The translations under genes and the position numbers were made by a program. The notes beneath the pieces are model-generated. The model saw only the letters and a program-made list of their open reading frames with translations, was not told the origin of the DNA and did not search any database. From contig CAWDOY010000005.1 in NCBI GenBank assembly GCA_963803975.1, positions 11,143-75,142 of the forward strand: DNA of 64,000 nt, in the 5' to 3' direction. Shown piece after piece: positions 42,435 to 50,116 of the stretch. Source of the stretch: an uncultured delta proteobacterium (GTDB taxonomy: Bacteria > Desulfobacterota > WTBG01 > CAIYCZ01). Numbering within the stretch: position 1 is the stretch's first letter; each line of letters opens with the position of its first letter.

Positions 42435-44111
42435 TCAATCTTCAAAGGTAATGCGATCCACCTCTTCCAGGGTGGTAAGACCCCTGAGAACCTTTGACAG
42501 CCCGTCTTCCCGCAATGATTTCATCTTCTGGGAACGCCGGGCAGCGTCACGGATAGCAGTTGTTGACGCATTTTCAAGAATCAGTTTCCGTATCTCTTCA
42601 TTAATGGCTATCAGTTCGTAAATCCCGCTGCGCCCCCGGTAGCCGGTGTTGCGACACGCTTTGCAGCCTTTCCCTCGGTAGAATTCCCGCGCCGTGTCTT
42701 CCTTCAGATTAAATCCCTGCAGTAACTTCGGCGATGGCGTATAGGGCGCCCTGCAATTTGGACAAATGGCCCTTACCAGGCGCTGCGCCAGAACCGCAAT
42801 CGTAGATGAAGCAACGAGAAACGGCTCGATTCCCAGGTGCAGCAGCCGGGCAAGCGCTCCTGCCGCGTCATTGGTATGCAGGGTACTGAACACCAGGTGC
42901 CCGGTCAGCGCTGCCTCAAAGGCCATTTCCGCTGTCTCCACATCACGCATTTCGCCCACCATGATAACATCGGGGTCCTGGCGCAATATGGAGCGCATGC
43001 CGCTGGCAAATGTTATTCCTGCTTTCGGATTGACCTGCGTCTGCCTGATATGCGGGAGCCGGTACTCAACCGGGTCTTCGATGGTGATAAAATTTTTATC
43101 GATACTGTTTATGGAATTAAGCGCGGCATAGAGTGTCGTGGTCTTGCCGCTCCCCGTCGGGCCGGTCACCAGTATTATGCCGTAGGGGCTGGCCAGGAGT
43201 TTCTGATACCGCTCAAGGATGTCGGGCGAAAATCCCAGGTCCTCAAGACTCAGGACACTCTTTGACTGGTCCAAAATGCGCAGCACAATATTTTCCCCGT
43301 AAATGGTGGGAAAGCTTGAAACGCGAAACTCAATGGCCCGGCCATCAGCGTTTATCTGAAACCCGCCGTCCTGCGGTGCCCGCGTTTCCGCAATATCCAT
43401 GTTTGCCATTATCTTGACGCGGGAAATCAGTGCCGCCTGCAGGTGCTTGGGAGGTGAGACGGTCTCATGCAGTATGCCGTCGATGCGGTAGCGGACCCCC
43501 AGTTTGTGCTCGTCAGGCTCAAAGTGAATATCACTGGCATTGTCACGCACTGCCTGAAAAATGATGAGGTTGGCAAGGCGGATAATGGGCGCCTCTAAAC
43601 CCGCCTCCATCCCGGCCCCTTCCACGGTTACCTTCAGGTCACCTTCAAGGGCCTCTTTGACAATATCTTCAATAGATGATGAAAGGCCGAAATAGCTGTC
43701 AATGGCCCGTCTGATCTGCTCCTCGGAAGACACTGCCATATCCACCTCACAGCCGGCGGTCCTGCGTGCCTCATCTATTGCTTTGACATTGAGGGGATCA
43801 GCCATGGCAATGGTAAGGGTCGAGCCGATTTTAAACAGCGGGATGATGAGGCTGGAGCGGGCCAGGCTTTCGGGAATCAGGCTTATCACTTTCGGGTCAA
43901 TGATGTAATTATCCAGGTTGACATAGGGAATCCCTGCCTGATCACCAAGGGTGGCTATAATCCCTTCCTCCGTGACCAGCCCCATGCGTATCAGTAACTG
44001 ACCAAGACGCAGGCCGGACTGTTTCTGCTGCACGATTGCCTTGTTGAGCTGCTCAGCAGTAATCAGCCCCTCATCAATGAGCATTTCCCCGAGTAGTTTT
44101 CTTTTTTCCAC
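42435..44111 (-). CDS. mshE: type IV pilus/MSHA-type assembly ATPase (GspE/PilB family) with MshEN-type N-terminal domain
   Basis: 558-aa ORF with Walker A (VTGPTGSGKTTTLYAAL), a tetracysteine cluster (CPNC...CKAC), and N-terminal tandem motifs LLGEMLIDEGLITAEQLNKAIVQQ and RLGQLLIRMGLVTEEGIIATLGDQ. It is the last gene of an mshIJKLMNE-ordered operon. Confidence 0.85.
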   Translation of the reverse strand: MEKRKLLGEMLIDEGLITAEQLNKAIVQQKQSGLRLGQLLIRMGLVTEEGIIATLGDQAGIPYVNLDNYIIDPKVISLIPESLARSSLIIPLFKIGSTLTIAMADPLNVKAIDEARRTAGCEVDMAVSSEEQIRRAIDSYFGLSSSIEDIVKEALEGDLKVTVEGAGMEAGLEAPIIRLANLIIFQAVRDNASDIHFEPDEHKLGVRYRIDGILHETVSPPKHLQAALISRVKIMANMDIAETRAPQDGGFQINADGRAIEFRVSSFPTIYGENIVLRILDQSKSVLSLEDLGFSPDILERYQKLLASPYGIILVTGPTGSGKTTTLYAALNSINSIDKNFITIEDPVEYRLPHIRQTQVNPKAGITFASGMRSILRQDPDVIMVGEMRDVETAEMAFEAALTGHLVFSTLHTNDAAGALARLLHLGIEPFLVASSTIAVLAQRLVRAICPNCRAPYTPSPKLLQGFNLKEDTAREFYRGKGCKACRNTGYRGRSGIYELIAINEEIRKLILENASTTAIRDAARRSQKMKSLREDGLSKVLRGLTTLEEVDRITFED

Positions 44112-44127
44112 AAACAGATCCTTTGTA

Positions 44128-45282
44128 TTACTGTTTCTTTACCGTAGAAGCCTGCAGATACATTCTCACGCTATCTGCGACACCTTGTAAATGCGGCGGA
44201 GCGGTTTTTAAAAACTGCTCGAAACAGATGCGGGATTTCTCCTGCTGCCCCATGTCCTTCAGCAGCAAGCCATAGTTATACAGGGTCTCAGGATGTGCCG
44301 GGTTAAGCGTAAGTGCTTTTTGAAATACCTCCGCTGCCTGGGTAAAGTCCCTCCTGCTGCGCAGAGCAATGCCCATATTAACACACGTCTCAATATTGCC
44401 CGGATTGACCTTCACGGCACGCTCATAATAGTTGAGCGCTTCCGCTGTCCGTCCCTGGGCATACAGGCTCAGCCCCATGTTATTAAGCGCCTTCTCATGG
44501 TCAGGTGCGAGCTTCAGCGCCTTTTCAAAATAGTCCCGGGCCTGCGCGGCAGCTCCCTGTTCAAGGAGCAGAACCCCCTGATTATTTAATGAATCGGCGT
44601 TTTCTGCGTCACTCTGAAGCAGATTTGCAGCGCGTGCAGTAACGTCAGGCCGCGGCGTTTTTGCTGCGCTCCTTTGCTTCTGAGCGGCACCTGCTGTTGG
44701 CACTGCCGGTACCGTCCGGGCGGCTGGCTGCTGCATCGCCGGAGCATCTTGAGGCAGGGGCTTTGCAGGCGCAGGGGGTATGCGTTTGCTTGTCAGTCTG
44801 TCGGCATCTTCCTGCACAGCGGGAGAAGCCGGGGGTAGCAATACCTCGGGCTGCACACCAGCGGCCATTGGCTGCTGTTGGTTTATGCTCCTGGCGCCGC
44901 CACTATTTTCGTCTTTTTGCGCTTGCTGAGCAACACCCGTCTCTACCGCCGGAACGCTGCCAATGGCAGGAGCGACCGTGACCGGCACGGCTTTAAGCTT
45001 TGGTGCCGGGGCTGCCGGTGAAGGTGCTTTCAGCGCCCCCTGCTGCATATACCATCCTGCTGCTGCTCCGAGTCCGAGCACAACCACCATGCCTGCTATA
45101 AGGCGCCTTTTCCCCGGGCGTGGCTCCTCGTGTTCTTCATTAAAAAATTCTGCGGGAGCATCATCCGCTTTTTCATAGACCTCTTCTGCGGCAACGGGCT
45201 GCGGCATTCCGGGGTGAGCGCCATAGCTGACGGTCTGCTTATCTTTTTCTAACTGCCTGAGAGCCTTTTCAATGAGGCTCAT
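44128..45282 (-). CDS. mshN: TPR-repeat protein, MshN-like by position
   Basis: 384-aa ORF with one TM segment, an Ala/Pro-rich linker and C-terminal TPR repeats (...ALNYYERAVKVNPGNIETCVNMGIAL...). It sits between the ExeA-like ATPase and MshE. Confidence 0.6.
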   Translation of the reverse strand: MSLIEKALRQLEKDKQTVSYGAHPGMPQPVAAEEVYEKADDAPAEFFNEEHEEPRPGKRRLIAGMVVVLGLGAAAGWYMQQGALKAPSPAAPAPKLKAVPVTVAPAIGSVPAVETGVAQQAQKDENSGGARSINQQQPMAAGVQPEVLLPPASPAVQEDADRLTSKRIPPAPAKPLPQDAPAMQQPAARTVPAVPTAGAAQKQRSAAKTPRPDVTARAANLLQSDAENADSLNNQGVLLLEQGAAAQARDYFEKALKLAPDHEKALNNMGLSLYAQGRTAEALNYYERAVKVNPGNIETCVNMGIALRSRRDFTQAAEVFQKALTLNPAHPETLYNYGLLLKDMGQQEKSRICFEQFLKTAPPHLQGVADSVRMYLQASTVKKQ

Positions 45283-45306
45283 AAGTAGCTCCTCGCTCGA
45301 TTTTCT

Positions 45307-47046
45307 TCACATTTCAAGATGCGGCACTTGATCACCATAAACCATGCGGTAGAATACCATTCTGGTATTGCAGCCAATAATACCGTCTACCTTGAGGCCG
45401 TATTGTGTCTGAAGTGCTTTGACCGCTTTTTCCATCTGGCTGTCAAAAACATCAGTAAAAGGCTCATGCAGGGAAAAGTTGTTTGCGTTCAATGTTTCTT
45501 TCAGCAGGATAACCTGCTGGTGCACATCCCCGCGCTGCAGCCGCGACGGCAGGCTCATAAACTCTTGCCATACATAAAAAGCTTTTCCTGTCCATTGTTC
45601 ATGAAGCTTCTCAAGCGCAAGAGATACTCTGCCGTGCCGGGGATCAAGCAGGATGGCCTGATCATTTTTAATGCCGGCAAGAACCACATAGCGATACGCG
45701 GGATCACTCACCGGAATAATACAGGGGTAATCAAGCCGCTTGACCTGATCAAGCGTTATATCAAGAGAAGTTACCGCGAGGCCGAAGACCTGCGCCACAT
45801 CACTAAAGCTGAATGACGCAGATGTGCTGCGTTTTTGCAGCTCCTGCATCAGCTTTTCCTGCGGAACATCCCAGAGCCCGAGCAGGGTAGCAAGTGCTTC
45901 CGGAGCACATTCACTGACCCGGTCCTGGCGCAGGACCCCATCACTGTCAAACGCGCCGCTGCGGGGAGCACTCACCTGCTTGACAGTCGTTTCCGGCACC
46001 GGGACTGCTGCGGGCGCCGGTTTTGGGGCAGCTGCCGGAGGGGCAGCGGCGAGCAGTGCATCAGGCAGCTTTGCCCGTGCATAATGAAACCCGGCGCGGG
46101 CATCCCAGGTGAATTGCCCTATCCATCTCTGCGGAAGATCCAGTTTTAAAGGTGCCAGCATTCCCAGAAAAAGTGCGCTGATGATAATCCCAAGGATAAG
46201 CGTATAGACCGCATTGACTCTCATTGACACGGCAGGCACTCGTTCTACAGAAGAATTTTTTATAGCCTCCTGCACCATCCTGCCGGTAATTTTTTTTTTC
46301 TGCGCAACATACCCGGCCAGCAGCGCCTTATCGCAGATGAGGTTAATGGTGCGCGGGAGCCCGCCGGAAGAATGGGAGATCTTATCCAGGGACCGGCGGG
46401 TAAAGGTTATGCTGCCGTTGGCCCCGGCTTTCACCAGACGGTGGTAGATGTAATGACTGACATCTTTTCTGGTGAGGGGCTTCAAATAAGCCCATATCGC
46501 AATGCGCTGGTACAGCTGCCGCAGGGTTGTTTTTGAGAGTTTTTTAAGCAGCTCCGGCTGGCCGGAGAGAATAATCTGCAGCAGCTTTTCTTTTTCGGTT
46601 TCCAGGTTTGAGAGCAGCCGTATTTCTTCCAGAACCTCAGAAGAAAGGTTCTGGGCTTCATCGATGATAATAACGACCCCCCGGCCGCGGGCAGAGCTCT
46701 GCAGCAGACAGGTATTGAGGCTGTCAAGCAGTTCTTTTTTTGATACACCGGATGCCTGCTGACCCAGATCCTGCAGTATGGTCTTGAGCAGTGCGGTGGC
46801 GGTGTCCGGCGGGTTAAAAATAAGGGCTGTTTCCATCTGCCCTTCGAGCGCGTGGAGAAGAGACCGGCACAGCGTTGTTTTACCCGTTCCCACATCCCCC
46901 ACCAGTGCCATAAAGCCCTGTTTTGCATGGACCCCGTAGAGAAGCTGATTATAGGCATCGAGATATTGTCTGCTTTTGAACAGAAAGGTGGTATCCGGGA
47001 CGTTGGAAAAGGGCCGTTCACTGAGGCCATAAAATTGCATGTACAT
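45307..47046 (-). CDS. mshM: ExeA/GspA-like AAA ATPase with TM segment, C39-like periplasmic domain and peptidoglycan-binding domain (MshM-like)
   Basis: 579-aa ORF with Walker A (GDVGTGKTTL), Walker B (VVIIIDEAQ), a TM at about aa 278-300, and C-terminal PG_binding_1-like AVKALQTQYGLKVDGIIGCNT. Confidence 0.8.
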   Translation of the reverse strand: MYMQFYGLSERPFSNVPDTTFLFKSRQYLDAYNQLLYGVHAKQGFMALVGDVGTGKTTLCRSLLHALEGQMETALIFNPPDTATALLKTILQDLGQQASGVSKKELLDSLNTCLLQSSARGRGVVIIIDEAQNLSSEVLEEIRLLSNLETEKEKLLQIILSGQPELLKKLSKTTLRQLYQRIAIWAYLKPLTRKDVSHYIYHRLVKAGANGSITFTRRSLDKISHSSGGLPRTINLICDKALLAGYVAQKKKITGRMVQEAIKNSSVERVPAVSMRVNAVYTLILGIIISALFLGMLAPLKLDLPQRWIGQFTWDARAGFHYARAKLPDALLAAAPPAAAPKPAPAAVPVPETTVKQVSAPRSGAFDSDGVLRQDRVSECAPEALATLLGLWDVPQEKLMQELQKRSTSASFSFSDVAQVFGLAVTSLDITLDQVKRLDYPCIIPVSDPAYRYVVLAGIKNDQAILLDPRHGRVSLALEKLHEQWTGKAFYVWQEFMSLPSRLQRGDVHQQVILLKETLNANNFSLHEPFTDVFDSQMEKAVKALQTQYGLKVDGIIGCNTRMVFYRMVYGDQVPHLEM

Positions 47047-47153
47047 GAACAGACACCCTTAAAGAGTTTGAGAGTTGCGGAGTTAAGGAGTTAAAAAAGT
47101 TACTGGTTTAGTGCTGCACATTATTTTGCCTTAACGGCTCAACGAATACATGG

Positions 47154-48827
47154 CTATTGAGAAGTTGATTGTTTCAATTTTTCAAGCCGCTGCTGCTCCG
47201 GAGCTGCTATCTCGCGCATATTCTCGCTGGTAACAACCTTGGGGGTGAGCATGATCACCAGCTCTGTCTTCCGCACCTCGCGGGAGGTATGCTTGAACAG
47301 ATACCCGAGCCAGGGGATTTCACTAACCAGCGGCACTGCGATTACATCTTCCGTCACTTTGTTCTGCATCAGGCCGGCAAAAAGAATGGTCTGCCGGTCA
47401 TTGACACGCACCACCGTGTCTGTCTCACGCACATCAACAATCGGCACCTTGTCACCCTGCACTGATGTTGCCTCTCCCACCTTATCAGTAACACTGGGAT
47501 GAATAGTGAGAGTAATAGTGCCGTCCGAGCCTATCTGGGGTGTTACCGCCAGAACCACTCCGATACTTATAAAATTTACCTCCGTGGTGGTGTTTGATTC
47601 ACCATACACTGTCTGGCGCGTGGTCTGGAAATAGGGGTCTTCACGGGCAACCTTGATGATTGCCGGCTGATTGTTGAGGGTTGAAATTTTCGGGCTGGAG
47701 ATAATGTTCACATCGCCCTGGGTGGAAAGAGCTTCAATAATATCATTCAGCGCCACAATCTGGTCAGCCCCGCCGATGCGGAAAACCCCGCCGAACGGCT
47801 TTACCATCCAAGCGCCGGGAATCGACTGAGTTTGGCTGCCGGTTCCGGAGCCCCCGCCCTGATTGGTGTTGCTTGAGCCGGTGTATCCCAGCCAGGGGCT
47901 CGCGCCATTGGTTGCAAGGCCCCAGGACAGATTACTCATCTGGGGCAAACTCTGGATATAGCCCCAGTCAATACCTGCCTGAAAGCTGTCTTGCAGATAC
48001 ACTTCAATAATTTGCGCCTCAATCAGTACCTGCCGCTGTACAGATCCGGTCACCATTTCCAGGTACTGCGCGATTCTTCTTAGTTGTGCCGGGTAGTCTT
48101 TTACCAGCACGGTGTTGGATGTCTTATGAACTATAATTGTTCCATCCGGTGATTTGAGGCTCTGCAGCCCCTTGTCTATTTCCTTCCACAGATCAGATTC
48201 ATCCGCGGTGCTCACTTCGCTGTAACCGGTACTTGCCTGATCGCTGCCGGCCCCGGCTGAACCCTGTCCCTGTGTTCCTGTTGAAGTTCTCCCGCCAATG
48301 CCGCCGGAAGCGAGCCCTTTTCCTTTTCTCACGGTGGTAATATAGTCAAGGTAAAAAATGCGCGTATCCAGGGACGGTTTGAACACCTTGATTAAGTTGC
48401 CCTCACGCCGGTATTCAAGATTTAATTGACCGCAGACCACATCAAGCACCTGCTCCAGGGTAACGCCCTTCAGGTCAATGGTAACCCTGCCGGATATTTT
48501 CGGGTCCACGACAATATTGGCATTAATCTCCCGGGAAAAAGCCAGCAGCAGGTCCTGAATATCTGCGTCCCGCATCTGCAGGGTATAGGTTTTCTGCGAA
48601 GAAACCAGGGTCGCCCCTTTCTGCGGCATCACTATTTCTTTGAGATCAGGCTTTAACGTCTCTGCTTGTGGCCCCGGCGTCGAAGGTTTCTCCGCTTTTT
48701 TCGGGGGAGTTACACAGCTGCAGAGAAAAAGCATGAGCACTGAGAAAATAATTATCCCGGTATGCTGATGACCTATATGCAAAAATGTTTTTGCAGGTAT
48801 TAGCGGGGTGCTTTGTGGGTTCCCCAT
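47154..48827 (-). CDS. mshL: secretin (MshL/PilQ/GspD family), probable lipoprotein
   Basis: 557-aa ORF with a lipobox-like LFLCSC and a secretin C-domain (...IPIVDVRETDTVVRVNDRQTILFAGLM...VPLVSEIPWLGYLFKHTS...ELVIMLTPKVV). Confidence 0.88.
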   Translation of the reverse strand: MGNPQSTPLIPAKTFLHIGHQHTGIIIFSVLMLFLCSCVTPPKKAEKPSTPGPQAETLKPDLKEIVMPQKGATLVSSQKTYTLQMRDADIQDLLLAFSREINANIVVDPKISGRVTIDLKGVTLEQVLDVVCGQLNLEYRREGNLIKVFKPSLDTRIFYLDYITTVRKGKGLASGGIGGRTSTGTQGQGSAGAGSDQASTGYSEVSTADESDLWKEIDKGLQSLKSPDGTIIVHKTSNTVLVKDYPAQLRRIAQYLEMVTGSVQRQVLIEAQIIEVYLQDSFQAGIDWGYIQSLPQMSNLSWGLATNGASPWLGYTGSSNTNQGGGSGTGSQTQSIPGAWMVKPFGGVFRIGGADQIVALNDIIEALSTQGDVNIISSPKISTLNNQPAIIKVAREDPYFQTTRQTVYGESNTTTEVNFISIGVVLAVTPQIGSDGTITLTIHPSVTDKVGEATSVQGDKVPIVDVRETDTVVRVNDRQTILFAGLMQNKVTEDVIAVPLVSEIPWLGYLFKHTSREVRKTELVIMLTPKVVTSENMREIAAPEQQRLEKLKQSTSQ

Positions 48828-48858
48828 TTTTTATTCTCCTCTACAATAATTTCTTTAT

Positions 48859-49356
48859 TTAAAATTGAACAACGCTCTTCGGCAATACCAGCAGGCGGCG
48901 CGTCCCATTCTTTTCCAGGACCACCGCATCGCGTTTAATGCTGACTATTTTCTCGTCCCTGACCATGTCGCCTTCCCGGTAGATCTTATGGTTAATGGCG
49001 ACTATTTTTTTTGTTTCGCTCATCAAAATCAGGGTCACCGTGAGTTCCTCCCCGCTCATATCGGAAGAAACCGCTCTTGCGGCCTGACTTTCCTGCTGCA
49101 GCCACGAAGAGGCAAACGGGTCCCTGCCCCATCCGCTGACCGTTACTTTCTCTTCGGGCTGAAAACCCGGAGGGCGGGCATTCACCCCTTTCTTTTCATG
49201 AATGCCCGGCAGTGCCTGCAGAGCGCCGATCTGCGGGGGAGCTGAAAAACCGGCCTTGCTTCTCAGGGGAATGGTGAAAATGCTGATGCTCACCAGTATC
49301 ACAAACAGCGCGGTGAAGATTCCAAGAATTATTGAATTTTCCTGTTTCAGCGTCAT
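48859..49356 (-). CDS. mshK: PilP/MshK-like pilus assembly protein
   Basis: 165-aa ORF with one N-terminal TM, a GRDPF motif and a C-terminal beta-domain pattern (LTVTLILMSETKKIVAINHKIYREGDMV.DEKIVSIKRDAVVLEKNG). It lies just upstream of the secretin. Confidence 0.6.
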   Translation of the reverse strand: MTLKQENSIILGIFTALFVILVSISIFTIPLRSKAGFSAPPQIGALQALPGIHEKKGVNARPPGFQPEEKVTVSGWGRDPFASSWLQQESQAARAVSSDMSGEELTVTLILMSETKKIVAINHKIYREGDMVRDEKIVSIKRDAVVLEKNGTRRLLVLPKSVVQF

Positions 49357-49387
49357 GGTACTGTTTCCATGAAAACCTTGTTTTATT

Positions 49388-49939
49388 TCAAGAAATAAGT
49401 GTTTTTAATACCAGGTGGCAGGTAACCACCGGCATTTTTTCATCTCTTCGTATCTCAAGCTGATGGACGATCGTGAAAATAGGAAGTTTTTCCAATGCTC
49501 GTATAAAGAGCACCAGGGTCCGGAAATCGCTGCGCAATTGCATATCAATAACAACCTGCCGGTATTGCGTATGGCCGGCTGCTGCCGGCAGTGTTTGTTC
49601 TTCCTGCGGCTTAAGGGAAATAACTTCCATATTGAACTTTTGACACTGCAGCGCGAGCTGTTCCAGAAACTGGACAAAGCTTTCTCTGGTTGAAAATTTC
49701 TCTTCATAGAAGGAAAGCTTTTTCTCCAGCCTGCTGACGTCGGAAGCGACCTGCGTGCCGCCCGTTAAAAACGCTGCGGTCTCCTGCAGTTTCTGGTCAA
49801 GAGACGCAAGCTCTGTTGTTACGGTGGCATGCTCGCTGAGTTTCGGGCTGTAGAGAAAAAAGTCGAACAAAAAGTAGAGCACCACCAGCAAAGAAGTGAA
49901 CGAGATGATTGTTTCGCGCGGCGAAAGTTTAATTTTCAT
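49388..49939 (-). CDS. mshJ: PilO/GspM-like (MshJ-like) bitopic assembly protein
   Basis: 183-aa ORF with an N-terminal TM, a coiled-coil and a ferredoxin-like C-terminal region, located between the PilM/N fusion and the PilP-like gene. Confidence 0.6.
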   Translation of the reverse strand: MKIKLSPRETIISFTSLLVVLYFLFDFFLYSPKLSEHATVTTELASLDQKLQETAAFLTGGTQVASDVSRLEKKLSFYEEKFSTRESFVQFLEQLALQCQKFNMEVISLKPQEEQTLPAAAGHTQYRQVVIDMQLRSDFRTLVLFIRALEKLPIFTIVHQLEIRRDEKMPVVTCHLVLKTLIS

Positions 49940-49969
49940 TATTGATGCTCTTGTAAAAAGTAGAAAAAC

Positions 49970-50107
49970 CTCCCTCTCCCTTTACGGGAGAGGGTTGGGG
50001 TGAGGGGGACAAACAAGTAATTACAGTATATTATTGCTCCCCCTCCCCTTAATCCCCTCCCACCAGGGGAGGGGAAATTGCCTTTTTACGGCTTCGTCAT
50101 TATTGAA
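49970..50107. repeat. G/C-rich palindromic element pair plus CTTTTTACG-N6-TCA motif in the mshI-mshJ spacer
   Basis: Hairpin CCCTCTCCC(49972-49980)/GGGAGAGGG(49986-49994). GGGGTGAGGGGG (49997-50008) is partly complementary to CCCCCTCCCC (50039-50049). Hairpin CCCCTCCC(50054-50061)/GGGAGGGG(50067-50074). Then CCTTTTTACGGCTTCGTCATT (50081-50101). Confidence 0.7.
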
Positions 50108-50116
50108 CCCGCCGGT

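Noticed and set aside
46482-47030. 182-aa same-strand alternative-frame ORF inside the ExeA-like gene. Alternative-frame ORFs also lie in the Ala/Pro-rich part of the TPR gene (44661-45178).
   Set aside because: The primary frames carry Walker A/B and TPR motifs. The alternative frames are compositional artefacts of GC- and Ala/Pro-rich coding sequence.
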